Positions 9,534 to 18,265 of a stretch of DNA of 64,000 nt are shown piece by piece; position 1 is the stretch's first letter, and each line of letters opens with the position of its first letter. A program made the position numbers and the translations under genes. Source of the stretch: a virus; IMG/VR virus record IMGVR_UViG_3300022747_000017; one strand, 5' to 3'. A model generated the notes under the pieces. The model saw nothing but the letters and a program-made list of their open reading frames with translations. It did not search any database and had not been told where the DNA came from.

Positions 9534-11159
9534 ATGAAACTCGAAAATAAAACATACGTCAAAGTTATCAAGGGCGACCGAGATACCGTACTTTTTGACA
9601 ACCTCGGATATTTCACTGATGTGGGAGTAAACGGTGAGATTACCATTCGCTTACATTCATGTACATTCAAATCGTCAGTAAAATCTATCGGCGATGACTT
9701 GATGATTATCAGTAAAGACGAATACGACGGCAAAAGTCAGCCAAAGAAATCATCGTCTAATCTCACTCACAACATCATGCTCAACACCGACAGCTACAAA
9801 GTGTCGATGGCGCCACAATACCCATTGGGTACTACCAATGTATTCAGCTACATTGCAGCACGTGGTGGTAAATTCACATTCACACAGTTCGTTGGACTGC
9901 AAATGTTTATCAAGGAGTATTTGCTTGTACAAATCACCAAAGAAGACATCGACATTGCAGAAGAAATCCTCACAGCGCACGGCGAGCCATTCGACCGCAG
10001 CATGTGGGACTACATCGTTGAAGTCCACAACGGCTACTTGCCAGTGGTCATTAAAGCCGTACCAGAAGGCACTGTTGTGCCAGTTGGAAACGCATTGGTT
10101 ACAATCGAAAACACTGACCCCAAGTGTCACGGACTAACAACTTGGTTGGAAACTCCCTTGCTTCGTGCAGTGTGGTACCCAACTACTGTCTCAACACAGA
10201 GCAAGTACATTAAAAACATCTTGCAAGAATACTTGGAGAAATCAGGTGATCCTCTTTCTATTGGTTTTAAACTGCACGATTTCGGTGCTCGTGGTGTGTC
10301 GAGTATGGAGTCAGCCGGTATCGGTGGTTGCGCACACCTCGTTAATTTCATGGGTACTGACACGATTACTGGTGTTTTATACGCTCGTGAGTATTATGGC
10401 GCTGGTATTGCTGGCTTCTCCATCCCAGCAGCAGAACATAGCACGATTACTAGTTGGGGCCGTGCAGGCGAACTGAACGCCTACAAGAACATGATCACAC
10501 AGTTTGGTAAGCACGGTGCCACTGTTGCTGTTGTTAGCGACAGCTTCAACATCTACGAAGCATGTAAAATGTGGAGTACTGGTGACTTGAAACAACAAGT
10601 GATCGATTCAGGTGCAACTGTTGTTATCCGTCCTGACTCAGGTGATCCTGTTGAAGTTATGCCAAAGATGATTCAGATTCTGTCTGAAGGTTTTGGCTAC
10701 ACCACAAACGACAAGGGCTTCAAAGTACTGAACAATGTGCGCATGATTTGGGGTGATGGTATCAATCCATTGTCAATCCAAAGCATCTTGCGTACCATGG
10801 TAGACTTGTTGGGTTGGTCAGCAGACAACTTTGCGTTTGGTATGGGTGGCGCACTGTTGCAAGGCATTGACCGCGATACACAAAAGTGGGCAATGAAATG
10901 CTCAAGTGCATGTGTCAATGGTGAGTGGGTTGATGTTTACAAAGACCCAATTACTGACAGTGGCAAAACATCACTCAAAGGTCGTGTCAAGTTGTGGACC
11001 AACAGTGGTGGCGAGTTTGTGACAAGTGTGCAAGCCCCTACTGGTTGGAGCGACAAGGGCATTGGTGGTTGGACTGAAGCATTGCAAACTGTTTATCAGA
11101 ACGGTGCATTGTTTAACGAAATCACTTTTGACGAAGTTCGTGCCAACAGCATGAAATAA
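9534..11159 (+). CDS. nadV: Nicotinamide phosphoribosyltransferase (NAMPT) with N-terminal extension
   Basis: NTDSYK, LHDFGARG, SIPAAEHS, VVSDS, VIRPDSGDP, WGDGI, FGMGGALLQ motifs. Confidence 0.95.
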   Translation: MKLENKTYVKVIKGDRDTVLFDNLGYFTDVGVNGEITIRLHSCTFKSSVKSIGDDLMIISKDEYDGKSQPKKSSSNLTHNIMLNTDSYKVSMAPQYPLGTTNVFSYIAARGGKFTFTQFVGLQMFIKEYLLVQITKEDIDIAEEILTAHGEPFDRSMWDYIVEVHNGYLPVVIKAVPEGTVVPVGNALVTIENTDPKCHGLTTWLETPLLRAVWYPTTVSTQSKYIKNILQEYLEKSGDPLSIGFKLHDFGARGVSSMESAGIGGCAHLVNFMGTDTITGVLYAREYYGAGIAGFSIPAAEHSTITSWGRAGELNAYKNMITQFGKHGATVAVVSDSFNIYEACKMWSTGDLKQQVIDSGATVVIRPDSGDPVEVMPKMIQILSEGFGYTTNDKGFKVLNNVRMIWGDGINPLSIQSILRTMVDLLGWSADNFAFGMGGALLQGIDRDTQKWAMKCSSACVNGEWVDVYKDPITDSGKTSLKGRVKLWTNSGGEFVTSVQAPTGWSDKGIGGWTEALQTVYQNGALFNEITFDEVRANSMK

Positions 11160-11210
11160 AACACAACACGGGCATTAAATAAATTAGTGTCCGTGTTATA
11201 ATTAACACAT

Positions 11211-11284
11211 GCGCTAGAAACTGAATGGATAGTTGGAGCTTCTAAAACTCCGGGTAGCAGGTTCGATTCCTGTCTAGCGCACCA
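11211..11284 (+). tRNA. tRNA, best fit anticodon CUA (amber suppressor); Arg(UCU) is a poorer alternative
   Basis: GCGCTAG/CTAGCGC acceptor, encoded CCA, T-arm GCAGG-TTCGATT-CCTGT; anticodon stem GGAG/CTCC with C.A closing pair and loop TT-CTA-AA; 5-nt variable loop. Confidence 0.8.
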
Positions 11285-11404
11285 TAGTAGAGTACATTGT
11301 AAGCCGTTAGTGGTTGAGCCTGAACGAGCACACAGTATTCCTAGGATAGCTGGTCGCAGCCGAGGTAACGCTCATCGCCACATCCAATGTATTCTACTAT
11401 GGTG
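11280..11404 (+). ncRNA. Long-stem structured RNA in tRNA trailer (element 1)
   Basis: 20-bp inverted repeat CACCATAGTAGAGTACATTG / CAATGTATTCTACTATGGTG with internal stems. Confidence 0.55.
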
Positions 11405-11406
11405 AC

Positions 11407-11495
11407 TATATAGAAGTGCTTTGAAGGAGCAGACCGTCGCACAACTCCGCGGTAAGTGATAGTGGACTTAGCATGCAGCAGAGTACTTCAATATA
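11407..11495 (+). ncRNA. Long-stem structured RNA (element 2)
   Basis: TATATAGAAGTGCTTTG / CAGAGTACTTCAATATA arms enclosing two small hairpins. Confidence 0.5.
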
Positions 11496-11500
11496 ATCAA

Positions 11501-11748
11501 GCAGTAAAGGACAGCACGGTAAGGATGGCGCCCGTGGCGAAAGGAACTTGGTCTATAGGACCAAGGTAACGAGGAAACTCAAATTATCCCTAGCCTAAGT
11601 TACGATCATCCCTTCTGGTAGTCGGGAAAAAGTGCAAACGCGAAAGCGGTCAGTATAGGTTGGCAATGTATTGCATATTGAGTTATGCTTACGAAACCGT
11701 TGTAAAACTGGCGTGTAAGGAATGACCGGAACCCAAGACTGCCACTGC
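11501..11748 (+). ncRNA. Unassigned ~250-nt multi-hairpin RNA
   Basis: Closing stem GCAGT..GGACAG / CTGCC..ACTGC, GNRA hairpins GAG-GAAA-CTC and CGC-GAAA-GCG, CTTGGTC/GACCAAG stem, T tract after; no long ORF. Confidence 0.55.
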
Positions 11749-11758
11749 AATTTTTATT

Positions 11759-12040
11759 ATGGACTATCTACTACGCAATTCGTTAACAGAATCCGACATT
11801 GAGTTTCTGAATGAAACAACAATGGATTTTGAAATCGTTAACACCGACTGGTTCGCGCCCAAGGAAGGGTACGATAGTGGATGGTGCGATGGAGTAACAG
11901 GGCATCGTCTTATCACCCATCAAAATCGTGTAGTGTTCAGGAATGTTACTCCTGCACAGTACACATATCTTGAACTTCGATATCGTGAACGCCTAAATGA
12001 GTTGACAGACGGCCTTAAAGGCATATATAATATTACATAG
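11759..12040 (+). CDS. Hypothetical protein (distant cassette-like YLELRY motif)
   Basis: 93-aa ORF. Confidence 0.65.
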   Translation: MDYLLRNSLTESDIEFLNETTMDFEIVNTDWFAPKEGYDSGWCDGVTGHRLITHQNRVVFRNVTPAQYTYLELRYRERLNELTDGLKGIYNIT

Positions 12041-12062
12041 ACATTAACAAAGGAGAAATCAA

Positions 12063-12641
12063 ATGTCACTAACTCAATCCTAGATCAATTACCAATGTAA
12101 GGACTTAGTGTTCCATTTTAACAAAGGGCACCTTACAGATCCGACCATACCTATGTGGGTCATTAAAGCACATGGCGTGACGTTCTATGTGAACCACGTA
12201 ACAGCGGAAATTCCGTGGAGTACTAAGGAGACGCCAAACAACCCTAGTACCAAAGGTAGTATCAAATTCAAGCGATGTAAGCTGACTATTGATGCTGATA
12301 ACTGTGCAACGTTGTCAAAGTTGGGCATACTAGATCGTGGCTTGCCTACCCCGCACTTACCGTTTGATCGTATTATTGTTCCTGTATACAACGAGTTGGC
12401 TACAGCACTAGAAGACAATGAGTTCAAGCATAGCAAGATCAAGTATGTTGAGGGAGCATGTAGCAGCGAGTATTTAATTTGTGATATTACTGATCGAGAC
12501 GACATGCTGATGTTGGCACTCAAATATCCAAACAAATATCGCATACTGCAAGCCAATGAACCTTACTACAAGGATTACGACAGCAAACACAACAACCTTG
12601 TTATGCACGGCAACGAAGGATTCGACGATGACGACGAATAA
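12063..12641 (+). CDS. Hypothetical protein, possibly with in-frame TAG at codon 7 (alternative start GTG 12108)
   Basis: AAGGAG RBS + ATG 12063, TAG 12081-12083, then open in-frame into the 177-aa ORF. Confidence 0.6.
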
Positions 12642-12810
12642 GGTTCGTATATTTGTACCACATAAGGACTATGCATCTATATGGTCCTTTATCAGGGAAA
12701 ACAAAGTCAAACACTGGCCAATTGAACGAGGGTGGCAAGGTTACTTCTTTACAATTGAAGATGGGCCTGCTGCCACATTTTTATCACTCAAATACATACA
12801 CAATGAATAA
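12628..12810 (+). CDS. Small protein, LRW-cassette-like C-terminus (FLSLKY)
   Basis: YFFTIEDGPAATFLSLKY ending. Confidence 0.6.
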   Translation: MTTNKVRIFVPHKDYASIWSFIRENKVKHWPIERGWQGYFFTIEDGPAATFLSLKYIHNE

Positions 12811-13309
12811 AATTACAATTTATCTAGACATGGACGATGTCACAGCAGACTTTAAGGCCTATGCCAACAAGACTCTGGGCAAAAAGACCACAGACGAACG
12901 CTGGCCGCACGAGGACTGGATTCGTCTACGTGATAATCCTCATCTGTACAGGGACTTGGATAAAACTCCTGAAGCAGATGCACTGGTTGAATGCTGCCGT
13001 TATCTACGTACTAAACACGGATTCGATCTAAAGTTTCTAACTGCGGTGCCCCGGGGCAATGACTTTCATTGGGCATTCTACGACAAAGTAATGTGGGCTC
13101 AACAACACTTTCCCGACATTCCTGTTATGTTTGGACCGTTTAGTCATGATAAGCATGTGCACTGCTCGGATGGCGACATCTTAATTGATGACCGCACCAG
13201 CAACTGTGAAGAATGGCGCAAAGCCGGTGGCTTCGCAGTTCAACATCGCGGAGACTTGTCAAAGACTCTTAAAGAGTTAATGGACATATTGGACGAACAC
13301 TTCCAATAA
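12803..13309 (+). CDS. 5'(3')-deoxyribonucleotidase, HAD family
   Basis: IYLDMDDV motif I, FLTA, ILIDDR. Confidence 0.85.
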   Translation: MNKITIYLDMDDVTADFKAYANKTLGKKTTDERWPHEDWIRLRDNPHLYRDLDKTPEADALVECCRYLRTKHGFDLKFLTAVPRGNDFHWAFYDKVMWAQQHFPDIPVMFGPFSHDKHVHCSDGDILIDDRTSNCEEWRKAGGFAVQHRGDLSKTLKELMDILDEHFQ

Positions 13310-13481
13310 AATGTACCATAATAGTTGCTATTGTAGAACCCGTGGTGTTACAATTCAGCTACAGAGAATACAAGTGCTTTGCACTCGGGCAATTGGTAAA
13401 ATACGTTATTGACTTGCCTTGAACTGTATACTACAATTGATATAGCTGTAATTCAACTCAGCAATACTTAGGAGATTTTAA

Positions 13482-13748
13482 ATGTTTGATCTAAATACTA
13501 AAACTGGTAAGGCCTATAAGGCATTGGTTATCGACGGTGAGTCACTTACACAATCTGAAGCTAAAAAGCGTTTTGGCATCGGCAGCTTGAGCGCAGAAGC
13601 AACTCGCTTGCGTCAAGCAGGCTTTGCAATTTATGCAAACCAACGCAAGGCCAAGAATGGTGTTCATGTTACTGAATACCGCCATGGTAAGGCAAGCCGT
13701 AAGATCATCGCTGCTGGCTACAAAGCCATGGCAATGGGCTTGGCATAA
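13482..13748 (+). CDS. Small basic, probable winged-helix DNA-binding protein
   Basis: LTQSEAKKRFGIGSLSAEATRLRQAGF; strong promoter(s), AGGAG RBS and own terminator. Confidence 0.5.
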   Translation: MFDLNTKTGKAYKALVIDGESLTQSEAKKRFGIGSLSAEATRLRQAGFAIYANQRKAKNGVHVTEYRHGKASRKIIAAGYKAMAMGLA

Positions 13749-13776
13749 TTTTTTGGTTATATTTCTTTTAAAAGCT

Positions 13777-13796
13777 AAGGCTCTTCGGAGCCTTTT
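13777..13796 (+). terminator. Rho-independent terminator
   Basis: AAGGCTC-TTCG-GAGCCTTTT, same as 1-20. Confidence 0.85.
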
Positions 13797-13834
13797 CCTT
13801 TGACTTGTTAGCAGGTATAACGTATAATAATGGT

Positions 13835-14680
13835 ATGAGAGTAAACGTAATTTCCGACCTTCACCTAGAGTTTTCAGACTTAGAACTGCCGGGTGGAGAA
13901 GTATTAATATTGTCAGGTGACGTATGCGAAGTCAAGCACGTTAAAGCCGAGTACGATGTAAACAACATACTTAATGAAGGCGGCCCCAGCACAGGCAACT
14001 TCAAACGTATGGATCGTTGGACTCGTTTCTTCCACGAAGAGTGCAGCAAGTACGAAAAGGTATTTTACGTAGCAGGCAACCATGAGCACTACGGATATAC
14101 GTTTCATAAAACAGTGCCACACCTAAAAGACATGCTGCCCAAGAACATTACTGTTTTGGAAAAAGAAGCGTGTGAATACAATGGAGTATTGTTTCTAGGC
14201 GGTACGTTATGGACTGACATGAATAACTTTGATCAGTTGACACTGTATCATATGAAAGGCATGATGAATGACTATCGTCAAGTTACCATGTTAAATGAAG
14301 CCAAGAGTGTGTATCACAGACTGGTTCCTGAGCATACAACTACCGAACACGTTAAAACAAAAGAACTGTTTAAATTTTACCTAGCTGAAAACAGAAGTAA
14401 ACAAAATTTACCAGTTGTTGTGTTGACACATCATGCTCCAAGCAAGTTGAGTACACATCCACACTATGCAGATGACACCATTATGAATGGTGCATACAGC
14501 AGCGATCTCAGCGAGTTTATTCTGGATAATCCTGAGATTCGAGTATGGACACATGGTCATACACATCATACGTTTGACTATAACATTGGAGACACTCGTA
14601 TCATTTGCAACCCACGTGGCTATGCAGGACACGAGCAACGCTCAAACGAATTCGATCCAACCTATGGATTTGATATTTAA
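13835..14680 (+). CDS. Calcineurin-like metallophosphoesterase
   Basis: ISDLHLE, LSGD, VAGNHEHY, THHAP, HGHTH; promoter TTGACT-N17-TATAAT with ATG 6 nt later. Confidence 0.9.
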   Translation: MRVNVISDLHLEFSDLELPGGEVLILSGDVCEVKHVKAEYDVNNILNEGGPSTGNFKRMDRWTRFFHEECSKYEKVFYVAGNHEHYGYTFHKTVPHLKDMLPKNITVLEKEACEYNGVLFLGGTLWTDMNNFDQLTLYHMKGMMNDYRQVTMLNEAKSVYHRLVPEHTTTEHVKTKELFKFYLAENRSKQNLPVVVLTHHAPSKLSTHPHYADDTIMNGAYSSDLSEFILDNPEIRVWTHGHTHHTFDYNIGDTRIICNPRGYAGHEQRSNEFDPTYGFDI

Positions 14681-14722
14681 CTCGGGGTGAGTTATCTTAT
14701 TTTAAACTTTAAGGAAAATTAA

Positions 14723-15271
14723 ATGAAGAAAATTTTAGCAATTATGGCTCTGGCCCTTTCTGGTTCTGCTTTTGCAGTATCCTATGTTTCAGTTGACGTT
14801 GAAAACGTTTCAGGACGCCAAGGTACAGGCGATAGTACAGCACAATATATTCGTGCTGGAAAAGAAATCAGTGGAATCCAATATGGCTTACAAGGCCGTA
14901 CATCAAAGTTGCGAGACGGCACAGGCAGCTTTAGTTCAGTTGAAGTAACTGGTGCCAGCAATGCAGTTTCGGCATTTGGTGTCACTCCGTTTGTTGGTGC
15001 AGGCCATGACAATGGTAAAAATGGCGGACAAGGCTACAACTATGGCTTAGTTGGTGCAACAACTGGTGCTAAGATTGGCCCAGGTTTCTTGTTAGCTGGA
15101 GTTAAAACTCGCGTTGGCAGCACCGAGACTGTCAACACCAAGCAAACATTGGTATTCGGTACATATTCTATCCCAGTTACCAAGGACGTTTCCTTTAACT
15201 TGAATGCAAGCCGCTCAAGCCAAGACATTAAGGAAAAAGCAGTTGGCGTAGGCTTAGGCTTTAATTTCTAA
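14723..15271 (+). CDS. Outer-membrane beta-barrel protein
   Basis: Signal peptide MKKILAIMALALSGSAFA, alternating amphipathic strands, C-terminal GVGLGFNF. Confidence 0.75.
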   Translation: MKKILAIMALALSGSAFAVSYVSVDVENVSGRQGTGDSTAQYIRAGKEISGIQYGLQGRTSKLRDGTGSFSSVEVTGASNAVSAFGVTPFVGAGHDNGKNGGQGYNYGLVGATTGAKIGPGFLLAGVKTRVGSTETVNTKQTLVFGTYSIPVTKDVSFNLNASRSSQDIKEKAVGVGLGFNF

Positions 15272-15275
15272 ACTG

Positions 15276-15320
15276 TTGACTTTAGTTAACAAATTGCCTA
15301 TACTACGGTATAGGCTTTTT
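15276..15320 (+). terminator. Overlapping terminator and promoter
   Basis: GCCTATAC-TACG-GTATAGGC-TTTTT hairpin contains TATACT 17 nt after TTGACT. Confidence 0.6.
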
Positions 15321-15338
15321 TATGGCCAAGGAGATAAT

Positions 15339-15728
15339 ATGGCTACGTGGATAGGAAATACTTCAAATAATATCACAGTGAATGCAATTAGCGGAATATC
15401 GGGAATAGCACCATATGGTCCCGGCACCAGTAACAGTGCAACATGGACTAGTACTGCCGGGGGATATACTATTAATCCCACAACACATTCTACCAAGATT
15501 CACATCAATGAGAATGGAATTAGCATGGCAGAAGGCACAGACCTAATGATGGGCGCAACCAGTCTTAAAGACACATTAGCTGGTATTGAATCAAGATTAG
15601 CAATGCTAAAACCCAGTCCCGAAATCGAAGCAGAGTGGGAGGAATTAAAACGCCTCGGAGACGAATACCGTGCTTTGGAAAAAGAGATTCAGGACAAGAT
15701 GAAGTCGTGGGATATTTTGAAGAAATAA
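15339..15728 (+). CDS. Hypothetical protein with C-terminal coiled coil
   Basis: GGAG RBS; 129 aa. Confidence 0.7.
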   Translation: MATWIGNTSNNITVNAISGISGIAPYGPGTSNSATWTSTAGGYTINPTTHSTKIHINENGISMAEGTDLMMGATSLKDTLAGIESRLAMLKPSPEIEAEWEELKRLGDEYRALEKEIQDKMKSWDILKK

Positions 15729-17072
15729 CTTTAAGTTGTAAATTGCATTTCTGTTATAATACATACATATGAATAACACGGTATCCTTAAAGGGTGTAAA
15801 TCGGGCTCTTCTAGCGGCAACATGGTGTAACAACAACGTACCAACAGATGAATGGACAATGCAATTGTCCGCTACAATTTTTGCAGACGGAGATTATAAT
15901 TTTACATTTAGTAATCCAGATCATGCCAGTATGTTTGCTTTACGATGGCGATAATAAAACTAGTAGTACATGAGTTCACTATGGGTGATGTGGACGATCC
16001 CGAACTGTATGCAGCACAGCCACTATGGGAATGGCAACAAAGTGAAATAGGACAGTGGGTAATGGCCAATGCAGTAGAAACCCCGCAGTGGGGCCGATGC
16101 AATGACTATCATACATATCAACTTAAATTTAGAGTAACTGCACGTCTACAAGAACAAGATGCAACATTTTTCAAGTTAAAGTATGATAACTCTGTCAAAA
16201 AGTGAATGGGTTACAGTAAGTAACAAGCTCAAATCGGATTGGGCACACAAACCCAGTGTACTAATGATTCGAGAAGTTATGAAACGTGAACTAAGGTTTA
16301 CTACCCGAGAACATCGTTTTTGGAATCCGGGCATGTCCAACTATACCGAACTCATGTACTTGGATTTTTACGACGAACCGTCGGAGACCATGTTTAGACT
16401 TAGGTATCTATGATACCACGTGAAAGGTTTATGGTAGCCGAGATTCCCGGAGCAGGTGCCGAAATTTTGGTCATACTAATAGACTATCATTTCTGGTCAG
16501 ACAACATAGGTGAATTAATTGAGTGGTGCAGTCATCGTAATGCAACTACAGAGGGCATGACAGTTGTGCTCGGGGATGACTTAACGTTAACGGAATTCCT
16601 ATTGAGGTGGGCATGAAAGAATTTGATGGACACACATATGAAACTGTAGCAGACTGGCATCCTGTTATAATTCGTAACAAAGGTAATATGATGGATGATA
16701 TCATATTAAGGCCAGCGTGGCTCAGTGAGCATTGTCCCGATGCACACATGGATTACGATGCGTGGGTCTATGCCGACGATAATCTAATGGACAGCAACCA
16801 TCGCAGCATTTACTTCTTTCGCGATCCCCAAGTTGCGGTCATGTTTGCACTGCGTTGGTCATGAAATACAAACTTGAACGACTCAGGCGTAGGGTTAGAG
16901 TCAAGCATAATGTAGATGGATGGTCCCATGCACTAACCGAAGACGAAGCTGTAGAAATTACCAATTTGGTAACACAGCGCGAGCTCGGTACACGGATTGC
17001 ATACGATATCTGGCGCATGAAAGACAATGCTTGCGTTACATTGTTTATCCTGCACTGGGGTAATCAGTAAAA

Positions 17073-17118
17073 AGTACTACATTTAATAAAATCCAAAATG
17101 TGCTACAATTAGCACATG
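17073..17118 (+). promoter_or_regulatory. Internal array promoter, leaderless
   Basis: AGTACTACATTT...TGCTACAAT-N6-ATG; near-homologous promoter at 29104-29148. Confidence 0.6.
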
Positions 17119-18265
17119 AGTTATCGAATTGAACAAATCTGTCAGTCAAGATACTTTGAGCTGACTAAAAATCGCCATCGTAAAAGTAACAAGGTACACT
17201 ATCGTATCAATTTGATGGATTGGCCGTGGACAGGCATGCAGTCCTTTCAAGACCAAGTACGTGATACTGTAGATCCGACTCGTACCAAAAGTGGCCAATT
17301 TGGCTATCATTGGAAGTTTCGTAGTCGCAACGAAGCAGAGATGATGTACATGACTTTGATGTTGAAATTTGCATGACTTACGATGTTTGTATCAGCATTA
17401 AACGTGATCAGGTTCTCCCTGATGTTTTTACTTGGCTGCTGCATCAAGATTTATCCCAACACAAACACTGGGATTTCACTAAGCCAGACTATTTCAAAGA
17501 TGATTGGGATTACACATTTAAATTTGTGCGCGAAGCCGATGCTGCCTTGTTTGCGTTAAGGTGGGCATGATGACCGTAACTTATAAAACGAACCCGGGCT
17601 TTCCTGGTATTAACTTTCCCGTGTTGCATCGTGTGGTTTACGCACACACCATCGATGGTGTTCCGGCACAATGGCAAATCAGCTACAAGGATTATATAGT
17701 CAATTTGTGGTTAAAAGAAAACTGTCAGCATCCTTACTACCACAGCCCCGGGTATCTTAGAGAAAAGTTTATTGAGTTTGAAGACGATCAAGAGGCAATG
17801 CTATTTGCATTGAAGTGGGCATGAGTCATTTACCGCGCAATGGTCAATACGAGCTGTTTACCTATGCCGGGCGAACTCGTTGCTTTGACGACACAGACGA
17901 TGTTTGTGTTAAAGGATCACATGAAATGTTTGAGTGGTTACGTAAACAGCCCATTGAATTGTGCAAGCCAATGGACAATTCAAATACTGCGTTTTACCTT
18001 ACCCCTGAAATGTATCTAATTTGGAAGCTAAAATGGGCATGATTACACCCGGCGTTTTTGACACTTGGCATGTAATGACCGACCATCACCGTGCAGAAGT
18101 TCTAAGAGAAATCATCAGATGGTGCAAGGACAACGTTGCACTAAACGATCCTGCTGTGTCCTATCACTGCCGTAAGTGGGCATTTACATACGAGCGTTTT
18201 CCACGGCACACAAACTTTGTTTTTGATAGAGAGGCAGATGCATTAATTTTTGCACTGAAATGGGC

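Noticed and set aside
11211-11284. Plain tRNA-Arg(UCU) call
   Set aside because: That register leaves only two anticodon-stem pairs and a 6-nt variable loop; kept only as a minor alternative.
11501-11748. RNase P RNA, cobalamin riboswitch or group II intron
   Set aside because: GAGGAAACTC is a simple GNRA hairpin rather than GAGGAAAGUCC with a matching P4 partner; AAGACTGCC alone is not enough for a B12 element; no domain V.
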